Shown: positions 8,554-16,961 of the stretch, one piece after another
How the letters are laid out: the number at the start of each line of letters is the position of its first letter
Numbering within the stretch: position 1 is the stretch's first letter
IMG/VR virus record: IMGVR_UViG_3300027819_000047
Location: 1 to 27,420 of that record
From: a virus
Lineage: Duplodnaviria > Caudoviricetes
Length of the DNA: 27,420 bases
Reading direction: 5' to 3' (one strand)
The notes under the pieces: model-generated
What the model was told of the DNA's origin: nothing
Databases searched by the model: none
The model's input: only the letters and a program-made list of their open reading frames with translations
Made by a program: the position numbers and the translations under genes

Positions 8554-8599
8554 GACTTCCTCACTTCGCAGGTTGCCCGCACAGCGCGGGTATAGGCGT

Positions 8600-8704
8600 A
8601 TAGTGCGCTTGTGGTTGACGTGCGTCAATAGCGTCTGGAAACTGTTACACTATTTAGACTTATTCTATATTGACGAGTGACAACAGGTGGTATATATTGA
8701 TCGC
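8600..8704. promoter_or_regulatory. second divergent promoter region with palindromic operator candidates
   Basis: Rightward: TTGACG (8670-75), 17 bp, TATATT (8693-98). Weaker leftward: TTGACG (8628-23), 17 bp, CACTAT. Palindrome TTGACGtgCGTCAA at 8615-8628 and related TTGACGagTGACAA at 8670-8683 each cover a -35 box. Confidence 0.65.
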
Positions 8705-8878
8705 ATGATGTCCATAAATCAAGCTGCTGACAAGCTCAATTTGAGCCGGCAGCGAGTCCACATTCTCATTACGCAGGGGCGTATACCAGCGCAGCGCATC
8801 GGCCGGCAATGGATAGTATTGCGGGCAACGATTGGCAAAGCGCCGAAACGTAAACTGGTTGCAAAGGCGCGGGGATAG
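8705..8878 (+). CDS. HTH DNA-binding protein (excisionase/HTH_17-like), in the Cro position
   Basis: MSINQAADKLNLSRQRVHILITQGRIPAQRIGRQWIV winged-helix pattern. Confidence 0.85.
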   Translation: MMSINQAADKLNLSRQRVHILITQGRIPAQRIGRQWIVLRATIGKAPKRKLVAKARG

Positions 8879-9035
8879 GCGCAATATACGTTTTCAGGCT
8901 GTGAGAAGCCGAATGGAGATTCCGATTGAATTCTGACACGCCAGCCCCCTTTACAGAGCCTATCAAGGCGCGGTCTCCCTGCGTCATGCTCCGGCAATTC
9001 TCACCTGTATCGTGGGGCTGGTCTGTGAGCGTTTA

Positions 9036-9683
9036 ATGCCTACCCGTTACCTCAAGCCCGGCATCCGGGATTCCGAACGAATCGAGGCTGTTTCGATCTC
9101 TGACGCCGAAATCCTGTATTACCGGCTACTTGTAACCGTTGATGACTTTGGTAGAACTGATGCAAGGCCGTTAATGGTCAAGTCCGCGTGCTTTCCTATA
9201 CGTTTGCGCGCAACTGCGGACAAGTGTATGCAATGGATGCAAGAGCTTGATAAATCAGGGTTGATTGCCCTATACGAGGTCGAAGGCAAATCATACTTGC
9301 AGATCACTAAATGGGACAATACCCCTCGCGCAACGTCGAGCAAATTCCCCGATCCGCCAGCAGATGTATACAAACGTATGCAAATGCTGCTCGTAACCGT
9401 AACTAAAACCGTAACTAAAACCGAAACCGATAAAGGCGCAGCTAAAGCTGCCGGTGGGGGTGTCAACGGAAAAGATTTGGAACTCCCGGATTGGGTTCCC
9501 TTGGATAATTGGGAAACCTATATCGCCATGAGGACCAAGATTAAAAAACCATGCACTCTTAGAGCCAAGCGCATGTTGCTTGGAAAGCTCGATGAGTTGA
9601 AAGAAAAAGGATTCAACCCGGCGCAACTGTTAGCCGAAGCAGAATCCAAGTGTTGGTTGAGCGTCTACGAGCCGAAGGGATAG
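9036..9683 (+). CDS. phage replication initiator / replisome organizer
   Basis: MPTRYLKPGIRDSE...LYYRLLVTVDDFGR N-terminal domain, VTVTKTVTKTET linker, LPDWVPLDNWETYIAMRTKIKKP C-terminal domain. Confidence 0.8.
   Translation: MPTRYLKPGIRDSERIEAVSISDAEILYYRLLVTVDDFGRTDARPLMVKSACFPIRLRATADKCMQWMQELDKSGLIALYEVEGKSYLQITKWDNTPRATSSKFPDPPADVYKRMQMLLVTVTKTVTKTETDKGAAKAAGGGVNGKDLELPDWVPLDNWETYIAMRTKIKKPCTLRAKRMLLGKLDELKEKGFNPAQLLAEAESKCWLSVYEPKG
9366..9432. repeat. iteron-like repeats inside the initiator gene (origin candidate)
   Basis: GTATACAAA and GTATGCAAA in tandem (another GTATGCAA near 9226), followed by CCGTAACTAAAA twice. Confidence 0.5.
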
Positions 9684-9685
9684 CC

Positions 9686-10138
9686 GTGGCAAATCGAAAA
9701 TCATTGTTTTGCAATTCCTGCGGAAATCCGCTTGAAGATGACGGGTCCTGCAAAATGTGTCCGGCCGGAAATAAGCGTAGGCGCGCTCCGGCAGACAAGG
9801 TCGATCGCGCCTGCCCATTCAATGATCACGGAAATGTTTGTGGACTCGTTGGGAGCATGAGCGACAGTACGAACGGGGGCGGGCCGTGGTATTGCTCGCG
9901 GCATTTCTGGAAACTGAAGGGGTATCCAGAAAAGTCCCGTGCCGAACTCGATGCTGCCGTTTTGAATCATGTCGCGGTTCGGGATCAGTGGTTTATCGAA
10001 AACGAACAGCCTCATGAGCTTCCAAAACTTGAAGATAGCGGACATTTCCGTTGCATGGCAACTGATGCTGCCGCTCTTTACGATAGACTTAGATCAGGCG
10101 AACTTGGCAAACGAACCCGCGAGCCAGGGGAGGATTGA
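9686..10138 (+). CDS. Zn-finger hypothetical protein
   Basis: CNSC..CKMC and C..C..YCSRH motifs; C-terminal REPGED; GTG start after the initiator stop. Confidence 0.7.
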   Translation: MANRKSLFCNSCGNPLEDDGSCKMCPAGNKRRRAPADKVDRACPFNDHGNVCGLVGSMSDSTNGGGPWYCSRHFWKLKGYPEKSRAELDAAVLNHVAVRDQWFIENEQPHELPKLEDSGHFRCMATDAAALYDRLRSGELGKRTREPGED

Positions 10139-10395
10139 TCGTGCAATTTGCCAAAGCTTACGAAAACTATTTCAAGTATTTACGGTCTATTTTCCCTGAA
10201 GAATGGTTGGGAAAATGGCGTGTAGTATGGCGTGATTTCGAGACCGTAAAACAGGATCGTGAGTTTGAAACAGCGAACGAGGCAGTTATGTTTGCTGCGA
10301 AGATTGTGAACAGGGATATCAGGCCGGAAATTGAAGAAATAAAAGCGCGTGGAGAGTTGGAGGATGCGGTGAATTATTGGGCGAACATGACATGA
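10135..10395 (+). CDS. hypothetical protein
   Basis: 86-aa ORF overlapping both neighbours by 4 nt. Confidence 0.55.
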   Translation: MIVQFAKAYENYFKYLRSIFPEEWLGKWRVVWRDFETVKQDREFETANEAVMFAAKIVNRDIRPEIEEIKARGELEDAVNYWANMT

Positions 10396-10604
10396 GCCAA
10401 AACGGTAACATCCTGATGTATTTGCAGGAAGGCAACACGTTGACCAAGCGTGAGGCGTATCACTTGTTTGGATCATTGTCGCTGAATAGCAGGGTAGCCG
10501 AGATTCGCCGCAAGACAGGTGCTCAGATTGATTGCGAGCGTGTTGAGATTGGCGGGCGGGTGAGTTTTAGATATTCGATGCCGGTGAAAGTGGCGTATGG
10601 GTGA
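10392..10604 (+). CDS. winged helix-turn-helix protein (HTH_39-like)
   Basis: SQNGNILMYLQEGNTLTKREAYHLFGSLSLNSRVAEIR pattern. Confidence 0.75.
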   Translation: MSQNGNILMYLQEGNTLTKREAYHLFGSLSLNSRVAEIRRKTGAQIDCERVEIGGRVSFRYSMPVKVAYG

Positions 10605-10610
10605 GACGGT

Positions 10611-11978
10611 ATGAACTATTCTGATTTCCTGAAACGTAAAGCGCAGATTGACCCGGATACAGGGTTGACTGAGATCCCGCCATTGAATCCGATATTGTGG
10701 CCGCACGAACACGATATCGTAACGTGGGCGTTGCGCCGTGGTCGTGCCGCGATATTTGCTGACTGTGGGTTAGGTAAAGGACCGATGGAAATGGAATGGC
10801 TGCGATGCCAGCCGCACGAAGGAATCCTTGTTGCTCCGCTCGCGGTAGCTCATCAGTTTGTGCATGAAGCGCAAAAGTTCGGCATTGAACTGGCTTACGC
10901 GAAAGATCAGGCATCCATCACAAAGAGAATAACGGTTACCAACTATCAACGGCTCGAGAATTTTCATATTGAACAATTTGGTGCCGTGTCGTTGGACGAA
11001 TCATCCATTCTGAAAAATCAAAGTGGGGCTTACTGCACATGGATGATTGAAGCGTTCAAAAACACTCCGTTCAGACTTGCGGCTTCCGCCACCCCAGCGC
11101 CGAATGATGTTATGGAATTGGGAACACAGGCTGAGTTTCTAGGTGTTATGACACGCGGAGAAATGCTCGCCATGTATTTCACGCATGACGGTGGGGATAC
11201 ATCTAAGTGGAGAGTGAAGGGGCACGCGCAAAAGGTATTTTGGGAATGGATGGCGTCATGGGCGGTGATGATCCGCAAGCCATCGGATTTGGGATATAGC
11301 GATGATGGATTTATATTGCCGCCATTGCATATGCATGAGCATTGCGTCAAGGTCGATGCTCCGTCTACCGGGTTTCTGTTTGCGGTAGAAGCGCAATCGC
11401 TACAGGAGCGCCAACAAGCCCGGCGTGACAGCATTGAGGATCGTGTTAAAGAGTGCGCGGCCATCGTGAACGCGAGCAAAGAACAATGGCTGGTGTGGTG
11501 CAATCTGAATTCGGAAAGCGATGCGCTCGCCGCAGCGATACCGGATGCTGTAGAAGTTCGGGGAAGCGACACGGACGACCACAAAGAAAAAACGATTGCC
11601 GATTTCCTTGCCGGGAAAATTCGGGCCATCATTTCAAAGACGAGTATTTTCGGGCTTGGGTTGAATATCCAGTGCTGTCACAATATTGCCTACGTTGGGC
11701 TGTCCGATTCTTACGAGGCGTTGTATCAATCCCTTCGGCGGTGTTGGAGGTTCGGACAGGATCACGAAGTCAATGCCCACATAATTACCGCCGAAACTGA
11801 GGGCGCCGTTGTTTCCAATATAAAACGCAAAGAGCGCGAAGCCAATGAAACCTATGACAATATGGTTGCCCACATGAAAGACCTGAATGCAGCGGCCTTG
11901 CATGGCGCATCGCTACGCAACAAAACTGATTATCTGCCGGAGAGAACAATGAAGATACCCGAATGGTTGGCGGCATGA
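10611..11978 (+). CDS. SNF2/SF2 helicase-like protein
   Basis: ADCGLGKG (motif I), LDESS (II), SATPAPND (III), FGLGLNIQ (V), QSLRRCWRFGQ (VI). Confidence 0.88.
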   Translation: MNYSDFLKRKAQIDPDTGLTEIPPLNPILWPHEHDIVTWALRRGRAAIFADCGLGKGPMEMEWLRCQPHEGILVAPLAVAHQFVHEAQKFGIELAYAKDQASITKRITVTNYQRLENFHIEQFGAVSLDESSILKNQSGAYCTWMIEAFKNTPFRLAASATPAPNDVMELGTQAEFLGVMTRGEMLAMYFTHDGGDTSKWRVKGHAQKVFWEWMASWAVMIRKPSDLGYSDDGFILPPLHMHEHCVKVDAPSTGFLFAVEAQSLQERQQARRDSIEDRVKECAAIVNASKEQWLVWCNLNSESDALAAAIPDAVEVRGSDTDDHKEKTIADFLAGKIRAIISKTSIFGLGLNIQCCHNIAYVGLSDSYEALYQSLRRCWRFGQDHEVNAHIITAETEGAVVSNIKRKEREANETYDNMVAHMKDLNAAALHGASLRNKTDYLPERTMKIPEWLAA

Positions 11979-12901
11979 AAAAAGTAATCGATCAAGCGCA
12001 GGGCGAAAACTGGACGCTGGTTAATGGCGATTGCGTGGAGGTATTGAACGGATTGCCTGAAAACTCGATTCACCTATCTATTTTTTCTCCGCCCTATGCC
12101 TCGTTGTACACATATTCCAACTCTGACCGCGACCTTGGAAACAGTGTTGACGATGCTCAATTTTATGAACACTTCGATCATGTTATAGCAGGGTTGTATC
12201 GCGTGACAAAGCCGGGGCGCATTGTGGCCGTGGACTGCATGAACATTCCGGCCATGAAGGAACGGGACGGTTATATCGGGATCAAGGACTTTCGCGGCGA
12301 TCTGATCCGGGCATTTCAAAAGCACGCTTTCATTTTTCATAGCGAGCATTGTGTGTGGAAAGACCCGTTGATTGAGGCGACCAGGACAAAGGCTCTCGGG
12401 TTGATGCACAAGCAGCTTTGTAAGGACTCAACCAGGTCAAGGGCGGGTATACCGCAATACATTCTGGCGTTTCGGAAAGACGGAGAAAACACGGAGCCTG
12501 TCGCGCACATCAACGGCCTTGAATCGTTTGCCGGCGAGAATGAGCCTACGCGGGGAGTCTTGTCGCATGAGCGGTGGCGCCGATATGCTTCTCCGGTGTG
12601 GATGGATATCAATTTCAGTAACACGCTGAACGCAAGAGCAGCTCGCGACAATGAGGATGAGCGGCATGTATGTCCGATGGCGCTGGACCTGATTGAACGA
12701 TGCATGACGCTGTGGAGTAATCCTAGTGATGTGATTCTTGATCCGTTCAGCGGAGTGGCAAGCACCGGGTATATGGCGGTAAGGATGGGTCGCAAGTTCA
12801 TTGGTGCTGAATTGAAAAAATCCTACTTCGATCAAGGATGCAAAAATCTGCATTCCGCAAAGCAGAATCAAGGCCCATTATTTGATGATGAGGCTGCGTG
12901 A
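11975..12901 (+). CDS. N4/N6 DNA methyltransferase, beta class (probably m4C)
   Basis: GDCVEVL, FSPPY catalytic motif, HVCPM, LDPFSGVASTG SAM-binding motif. No adjacent restriction endonuclease. Confidence 0.9.
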   Translation: MKKVIDQAQGENWTLVNGDCVEVLNGLPENSIHLSIFSPPYASLYTYSNSDRDLGNSVDDAQFYEHFDHVIAGLYRVTKPGRIVAVDCMNIPAMKERDGYIGIKDFRGDLIRAFQKHAFIFHSEHCVWKDPLIEATRTKALGLMHKQLCKDSTRSRAGIPQYILAFRKDGENTEPVAHINGLESFAGENEPTRGVLSHERWRRYASPVWMDINFSNTLNARAARDNEDERHVCPMALDLIERCMTLWSNPSDVILDPFSGVASTGYMAVRMGRKFIGAELKKSYFDQGCKNLHSAKQNQGPLFDDEAA

Positions 12902-13113
12902 TGCAATCGCGCCTGCAATCACTGCTTGAGTCATTCGCCAATATCGCAATCGGATACCTCGTTGCGCTGGCGGCTCAGTTGATCGTGTTTCCGTTGATGG
13001 GGATTGCCGTGCGTATGGATCAGAATCTGGCCATTGGCGCGATCTTCACAGTGGTGTCGCTGGCGCGAAGTTATGCGCTTCGCCGGTTTTTCAACTGGAT
13101 GCACAAGAAATGA
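12898..13113 (+). CDS. small membrane protein
   Basis: QSRLQSLLESFANIAIGY...FTVVSLARSYALRRFFN, a two-TM phage protein type that often follows methylase genes. Confidence 0.75.
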   Translation: MMQSRLQSLLESFANIAIGYLVALAAQLIVFPLMGIAVRMDQNLAIGAIFTVVSLARSYALRRFFNWMHKK

Positions 13114-13568
13114 AATTCACCATAGGTCACTCGAACGGTCGCACCAGAGCGATAGAAGCCATTCGCGGGGCTGAGATTGGAACGGTCATCGAGGTTGGCG
13201 TGGTTAGCAAGACGCGCGAGCAGGAGAGCCGCTATCATGCGATGCTTGGGGATATCGCGAACCAGTGGCTATTCTGCGGAAGAAAATGGGATCGCGAGGA
13301 CATGAAAAGGTTGTGTCTGGATCAATTCCGAAGGGATACCATCAAAGACCCTGATCTTGCTGAGTTGTGGAAAAACATGGGCCAAGTGGACATGGCGCCT
13401 AGCCTGGACGGCAGCGGAGTCGTGGCTTTGGGCATCCAGTCCAGACGCTTACCGAAGAAGCTCGCCACGGCTTTCGTGGAATGGTTGTTCGCGCTTGGCG
13501 CCGAGCATTCCGTGATCTGGTCAGACCCAACTATTCCGCCGGCGGACGTGTATGTCGAAAATCACTGA
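13110..13568 (+). CDS. ninB: NinB/Orf family recombination protein
   Basis: KTREQESRYHAMLGDIANQ...W..EDMK...PSLDGSGVVALG.QSRRL...FVEWLFALGAEHSVIW. Confidence 0.85.
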   Translation: MKFTIGHSNGRTRAIEAIRGAEIGTVIEVGVVSKTREQESRYHAMLGDIANQWLFCGRKWDREDMKRLCLDQFRRDTIKDPDLAELWKNMGQVDMAPSLDGSGVVALGIQSRRLPKKLATAFVEWLFALGAEHSVIWSDPTIPPADVYVENH

Positions 13569-13842
13569 ATCAGCGCGCGGCGAGGAATGCCAGATCAGGA
13601 TGCCAGGAATCTGCAATGGCAATCCTGAAACCGTTGTGTGGTGTCACGCCAACGGTAGCGCGGCCGGCAAAGGCATCGGCATGAAGTCGCCAGACCTGCT
13701 TGGCGCCTACGGATGCAGTTCATGCCACGATGAATATGATAGAAGAACGTCCAAGCTGGATCTGATCACGGCGAGGCTGTACTTCGCGGAAGGTCACTAT
13801 CGAAGTTTGGTGAAGCTGATCGAGAGGGGATTGGTTGGTTGA
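13552..13842 (+). CDS. DUF1364 / YbcO-like putative nuclease
   Basis: SARGEECQIRMPGICNGNPETVVWCH...GIGMKSPDLLGAYGCSSCHD. Confidence 0.88.
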   Translation: MSKITESARGEECQIRMPGICNGNPETVVWCHANGSAAGKGIGMKSPDLLGAYGCSSCHDEYDRRTSKLDLITARLYFAEGHYRSLVKLIERGLVG

Positions 13843-13867
13843 TTTGTGCAAAATAATGGGGTAAATT
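13839..13867 (+). promoter_or_regulatory. sigma70-type promoter for the Q-position gene
   Basis: TTGATT (13839-44), 17 bp, TAAATT (13862-67); the ATG at 13874 follows 7 nt later. Confidence 0.55.
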
Positions 13868-13873
13868 TCTCAG

Positions 13874-14206
13874 ATGGACACAAATTGGGTTGAACGTTGG
13901 GCATCAATCTGGCGGCTTGCCATGCTTTCGTCCGATATGCAATTAGGTTTACCAAATCAATCACTTGTAATATGTTCAGGCTATGGAGAAAATCGTTCGA
14001 TCACTGAGGACTGGCAACACGAAGTAGACATGAGGGCTGTCGGAATAATAGACGCTGCTCTAGACGATCTTCCAACGGTTGATTCTGCCGCGTTCTACCA
14101 TCGTCAACTCGGTTGTGTGTTCCGGTTTCCTGTACCAGTCAATGTCGCGTATGAGAGAGCCTTGGTGAAGGTCGGGGAAAGGCTTAAGGCGGCGGCGTTC
14201 AGTTAG
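13874..14206 (+). CDS. putative late-gene regulator (antiterminator Q position)
   Basis: Last early gene, immediately before a promoter-terminator pair; WVERWASIW N-terminus and IIDAALDDLP helical segment. Function inferred from synteny. Confidence 0.55.
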   Translation: MDTNWVERWASIWRLAMLSSDMQLGLPNQSLVICSGYGENRSITEDWQHEVDMRAVGIIDAALDDLPTVDSAAFYHRQLGCVFRFPVPVNVAYERALVKVGERLKAAAFS

Positions 14207-14210
14207 CCGT

Positions 14211-14240
14211 TTGACACATAGGACTAAATTGGTGTAATTT
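14211..14240 (+). promoter_or_regulatory. late promoter (pR'-like)
   Basis: TTGACA at 14211-16 with TGTAAT/TAATTT at 14233-40. Confidence 0.65.
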
Positions 14241-14269
14241 CCGTTTGGGGAGAAGCTCGCCCTAAAGAA

Positions 14270-14294
14270 ACCCGCGCAACGCGGGTATTTTTTT
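14270..14294 (+). terminator. intrinsic terminator (tR'-like)
   Basis: ACCCGCG-caa-CGCGGGT followed by ATTTTTTT, about 30-50 nt after the late promoter. Confidence 0.8.
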
Positions 14295-14310
14295 GCCCAT
14301 CGGAGACGCT

Positions 14311-14493
14311 ATGCCTTGGCAACCATCAGACTCGACCAGGCACACCAAGAAGGCGAAGTCCGCGACCGCCAAAAAGCAATGGTCCAAGGTGGCCAACAGC
14401 GTGATGGCGCGCACCGGAAACGATGCGCGTGCCGTGCGCTCCGCTAATTCTGTGATTGCGCGCAGGACTCACGGACTCGAACCCAGGAGCTAA
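14311..14493 (+). CDS. small basic protein (ChaB-like pattern)
   Basis: GGAG RBS; MPWQPSDSTRHTKKA...KQWSKVANSV...ARAVRSANSV. Confidence 0.65.
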   Translation: MPWQPSDSTRHTKKAKSATAKKQWSKVANSVMARTGNDARAVRSANSVIARRTHGLEPRS

Positions 14494-14495
14494 AC

Positions 14496-14864
14496 ATGAG
14501 CGACAGATCAATGGTCAGGGCGCAGCTCCTGACGTTCGGTAATACCGGGACCCTCGCGGTAGTTCCAACAGCGACTGGTACCAACACCAGCAATTCCGTA
14601 CCCCTCCCAAGAGATGACTACACCGTCCAAGTCACTGTCACAACGACAGGCACGTCGATCGGTAGTGGCCAGGTCGTGTGGCAAACCTCCAACGATAACG
14701 TCGCTTGGATACCCCAAGGTACGGCTGCCGGAACATCTACCAATGCTGCCGTGACTTCGAGTGTTGCGGCTGCGGCTATTGCGGTGACCGCGAAGTATGC
14801 TTACGGCCGGGGAATCGTGTCAGGAACCGGGACGAGCCAGGTTCAGGCGTTTGTGGGAAGCTGA
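14496..14864 (+). CDS. Thr/Ser/Gly-rich beta-strand protein, putative virion decoration
   Basis: AGGAG RBS; QTSNDNVAW motif; very Thr-rich. Confidence 0.65.
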   Translation: MSDRSMVRAQLLTFGNTGTLAVVPTATGTNTSNSVPLPRDDYTVQVTVTTTGTSIGSGQVVWQTSNDNVAWIPQGTAAGTSTNAAVTSSVAAAAIAVTAKYAYGRGIVSGTGTSQVQAFVGS

Positions 14865-15460
14865 TGGCTAAGCGTAAGCCGAGTAAGCGCGTCAAGGCAG
14901 GGACGAGCAAGGCGGCTGCTGCTGTGCGTAAGGCCGCGTTTGGAAAGGAATATATTGCCAACGGCAGGAATGGAACTGCTGCCGCGATAAAGGTGGGGAT
15001 AAGTAAAAAGGGCGCAGAAGTATGGGCGTCCAGATCACTAAGAGACCCTAATGTTATCGCGATTATCTCGGAAGCCACTGAAAAAGCAGCGAAAATTGCC
15101 GGGCTTAGTGTTGATAGAACACTGCGCGAGATTGCCAGACTCGCCTACTCGGACGTTCGCAACCTGTTCGATGAACGCGGCGAACTGAAGCCAATTCACA
15201 CGCTTGACGACGATACCGCTGCAACTGTGGCGAGCATCGAGCAGCTTGAGGAGTTCGGACCCGGAAGCGAGGGCGAGCGCAAACTGACCGGCTACACCAA
15301 AAAACTGAAAACTTGGGACAAGAACGCCGCGCTGGAAAAGGCCATGAAGTACCACGGGCTTTACAAAGAGGACAACAGTCAGAAGGGCGACGCTGCCATA
15401 GCAGCTATGATGGCCGCCGTTGCAGAAAATGCCAGCAACAAACCTGCAATTAAAACATGA
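14864..15460 (+). CDS. terS: terminase small subunit
   Basis: AFGKEYIANGRNGTAAAIKVG HTH, VDRTLREIARLAYSDVRNLFD, KLKTWDKNAALEKAMKYHGLY; directly upstream of terL. Confidence 0.9.
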   Translation: MAKRKPSKRVKAGTSKAAAAVRKAAFGKEYIANGRNGTAAAIKVGISKKGAEVWASRSLRDPNVIAIISEATEKAAKIAGLSVDRTLREIARLAYSDVRNLFDERGELKPIHTLDDDTAATVASIEQLEEFGPGSEGERKLTGYTKKLKTWDKNAALEKAMKYHGLYKEDNSQKGDAAIAAMMAAVAENASNKPAIKT

Positions 15461-16940
15461 CGAGTGGGGAGATTGCAGGTGGCGCCTGCACAATCTCTAT
15501 TACATCGTTACCGACGCCGGGAAGAAAATCAAGTTTGTGCCGAACGAAGTCCAGCTTCAACTGTTGGACAACTTGTGGTATCTCAACATCATTCTAAAAA
15601 GTCGGCAGCACGGATTCTCAACTTTCGTTGACCTGCTTGGGCTTGACCTAGCCGTGTGGAATTCCAATCACACTGTTGGTGTGATAGCGCACGGTCTTCG
15701 AGAAGCTCAAGTTATGTTCAAGACAAAGGTCAAGTTTCCGTATGACAATCTTCCTGAGGGCATAAAAGAGGTTGTAAGCCCGACCAATGACTCAATGCAG
15801 GAACTGTCATTGTCGAACGGGTCAAGCATTTATGTTGGAACGTCGATGCGATCTGCGACGGTTCAATTTTTGCACGTTTCAGAATTCGGCAAGATCAGCC
15901 GGCGAGATCCTGACAAGGCAAAGGAGATCGTGTCTGGCTCGTTCAACGCTGTACACCCTGGCCAGATGATATTTGTTGAGTCAACCGCTGAAGGACGAGG
16001 TGGTGACTTCTTCGATATGTGCGAGACGGCGCAGAAAACGCAGGCGGCCGGAACGAAGTTGACCACGATGGATTTTAGATTCCATTTTTTCCCGTGGTGG
16101 AAAGACCCGAACAATACGCTGCCTGCCGATGGGGTTGTCATTGGCCAGGCTTGGCACAAGTATTTTTCTGAACTGGCCGCGCTTGGCATTATCTTAAAGC
16201 CGGATCAAATGGCTTGGTATGTAAAGAAAGCCGAGCTACAGAAGGACAGGATGAAGTCGGAGTACCCGTCAACGCCTCGTGAAGCGTTCGAGGCCGCGGT
16301 TGATGGAGCGATATACGGGAAGGAAATGGCGCGGGCTCGTACTGCTGGACGCATTACCAGCGTGCCGTTTGCTCGTGGTGTTCCTGTTAACTCATTTTGG
16401 GACCTCGGGCTATCGAAGAAGTCAGGGACTACTGCGATCTGGCTTCATCAATATGTCGGGTTCCAGCATCGTTTCATCGGTTGTTACGAGTCGCATGGTC
16501 AGTCCCTTGACCATTACGTCAAATGGCTCATCGATACCGGCTACGTGTTTGGCGTTCATTACCTGCCTCACGATGCGAGCGTTCGTAGGCTTGGAAAGCA
16601 GGATGTTAATTCGTGGGCAGAGATGCTTTCTGATCTGATGCCTGGGCATCGCTTCGAGCTGGTTCCTATCATTGACGAGGTTGCCAAGGGCATCAATCGA
16701 ACGAAGAACAAGTTTGACGAGTGCTGGTTCGACGCAGAGAAATGCGCTGATGGACTCAAAGCACTTGATGACTACCAATACGAGTGGGATGAAGCGGTGG
16801 GAGCGTTCAAAACATCCCCTCTGCATAACTCAGCGTCTAACTACGCGGATTCGTTCAGGCAGTTCGGGCAAGCAGAGCTTGCTGCCACCGTAGTTAAGCG
16901 CCCGAATCGCTCCGAGGGATCGAATTGGCGTGTGATGTAA
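15420..16940 (+). CDS. terL: terminase large subunit (start uncertain)
   Basis: ILKSRQHGFST (Walker A), FLHVSEFG (Walker B), VESTAEG, FWDLG nuclease motif, YLPHDA, SNYADSFR. Confidence 0.93.
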   Translation: MQKMPATNLQLKHDEWGDCRWRLHNLYYIVTDAGKKIKFVPNEVQLQLLDNLWYLNIILKSRQHGFSTFVDLLGLDLAVWNSNHTVGVIAHGLREAQVMFKTKVKFPYDNLPEGIKEVVSPTNDSMQELSLSNGSSIYVGTSMRSATVQFLHVSEFGKISRRDPDKAKEIVSGSFNAVHPGQMIFVESTAEGRGGDFFDMCETAQKTQAAGTKLTTMDFRFHFFPWWKDPNNTLPADGVVIGQAWHKYFSELAALGIILKPDQMAWYVKKAELQKDRMKSEYPSTPREAFEAAVDGAIYGKEMARARTAGRITSVPFARGVPVNSFWDLGLSKKSGTTAIWLHQYVGFQHRFIGCYESHGQSLDHYVKWLIDTGYVFGVHYLPHDASVRRLGKQDVNSWAEMLSDLMPGHRFELVPIIDEVAKGINRTKNKFDECWFDAEKCADGLKALDDYQYEWDEAVGAFKTSPLHNSASNYADSFRQFGQAELAATVVKRPNRSEGSNWRVM

Positions 16941-16961
16941 TTCTATGAACTGGAGAGCGTT

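Noticed and set aside
9392-9432. Tandem CCGTAACTAAAA repeats as a CRISPR array
   Set aside because: Only two short units with no spacers, in frame inside the initiator linker; kept only as an origin candidate.
11030-12871. Minus-strand ORFs of 100-200 aa over the helicase and methylase
   Set aside because: They fully overlap well-supported plus-strand genes.
14705-14863. Upstream extension of terS in the ORF track
   Set aside because: It overlaps the 14496..14864 gene; ATG 14864, coupled to that stop codon, is the likelier start.
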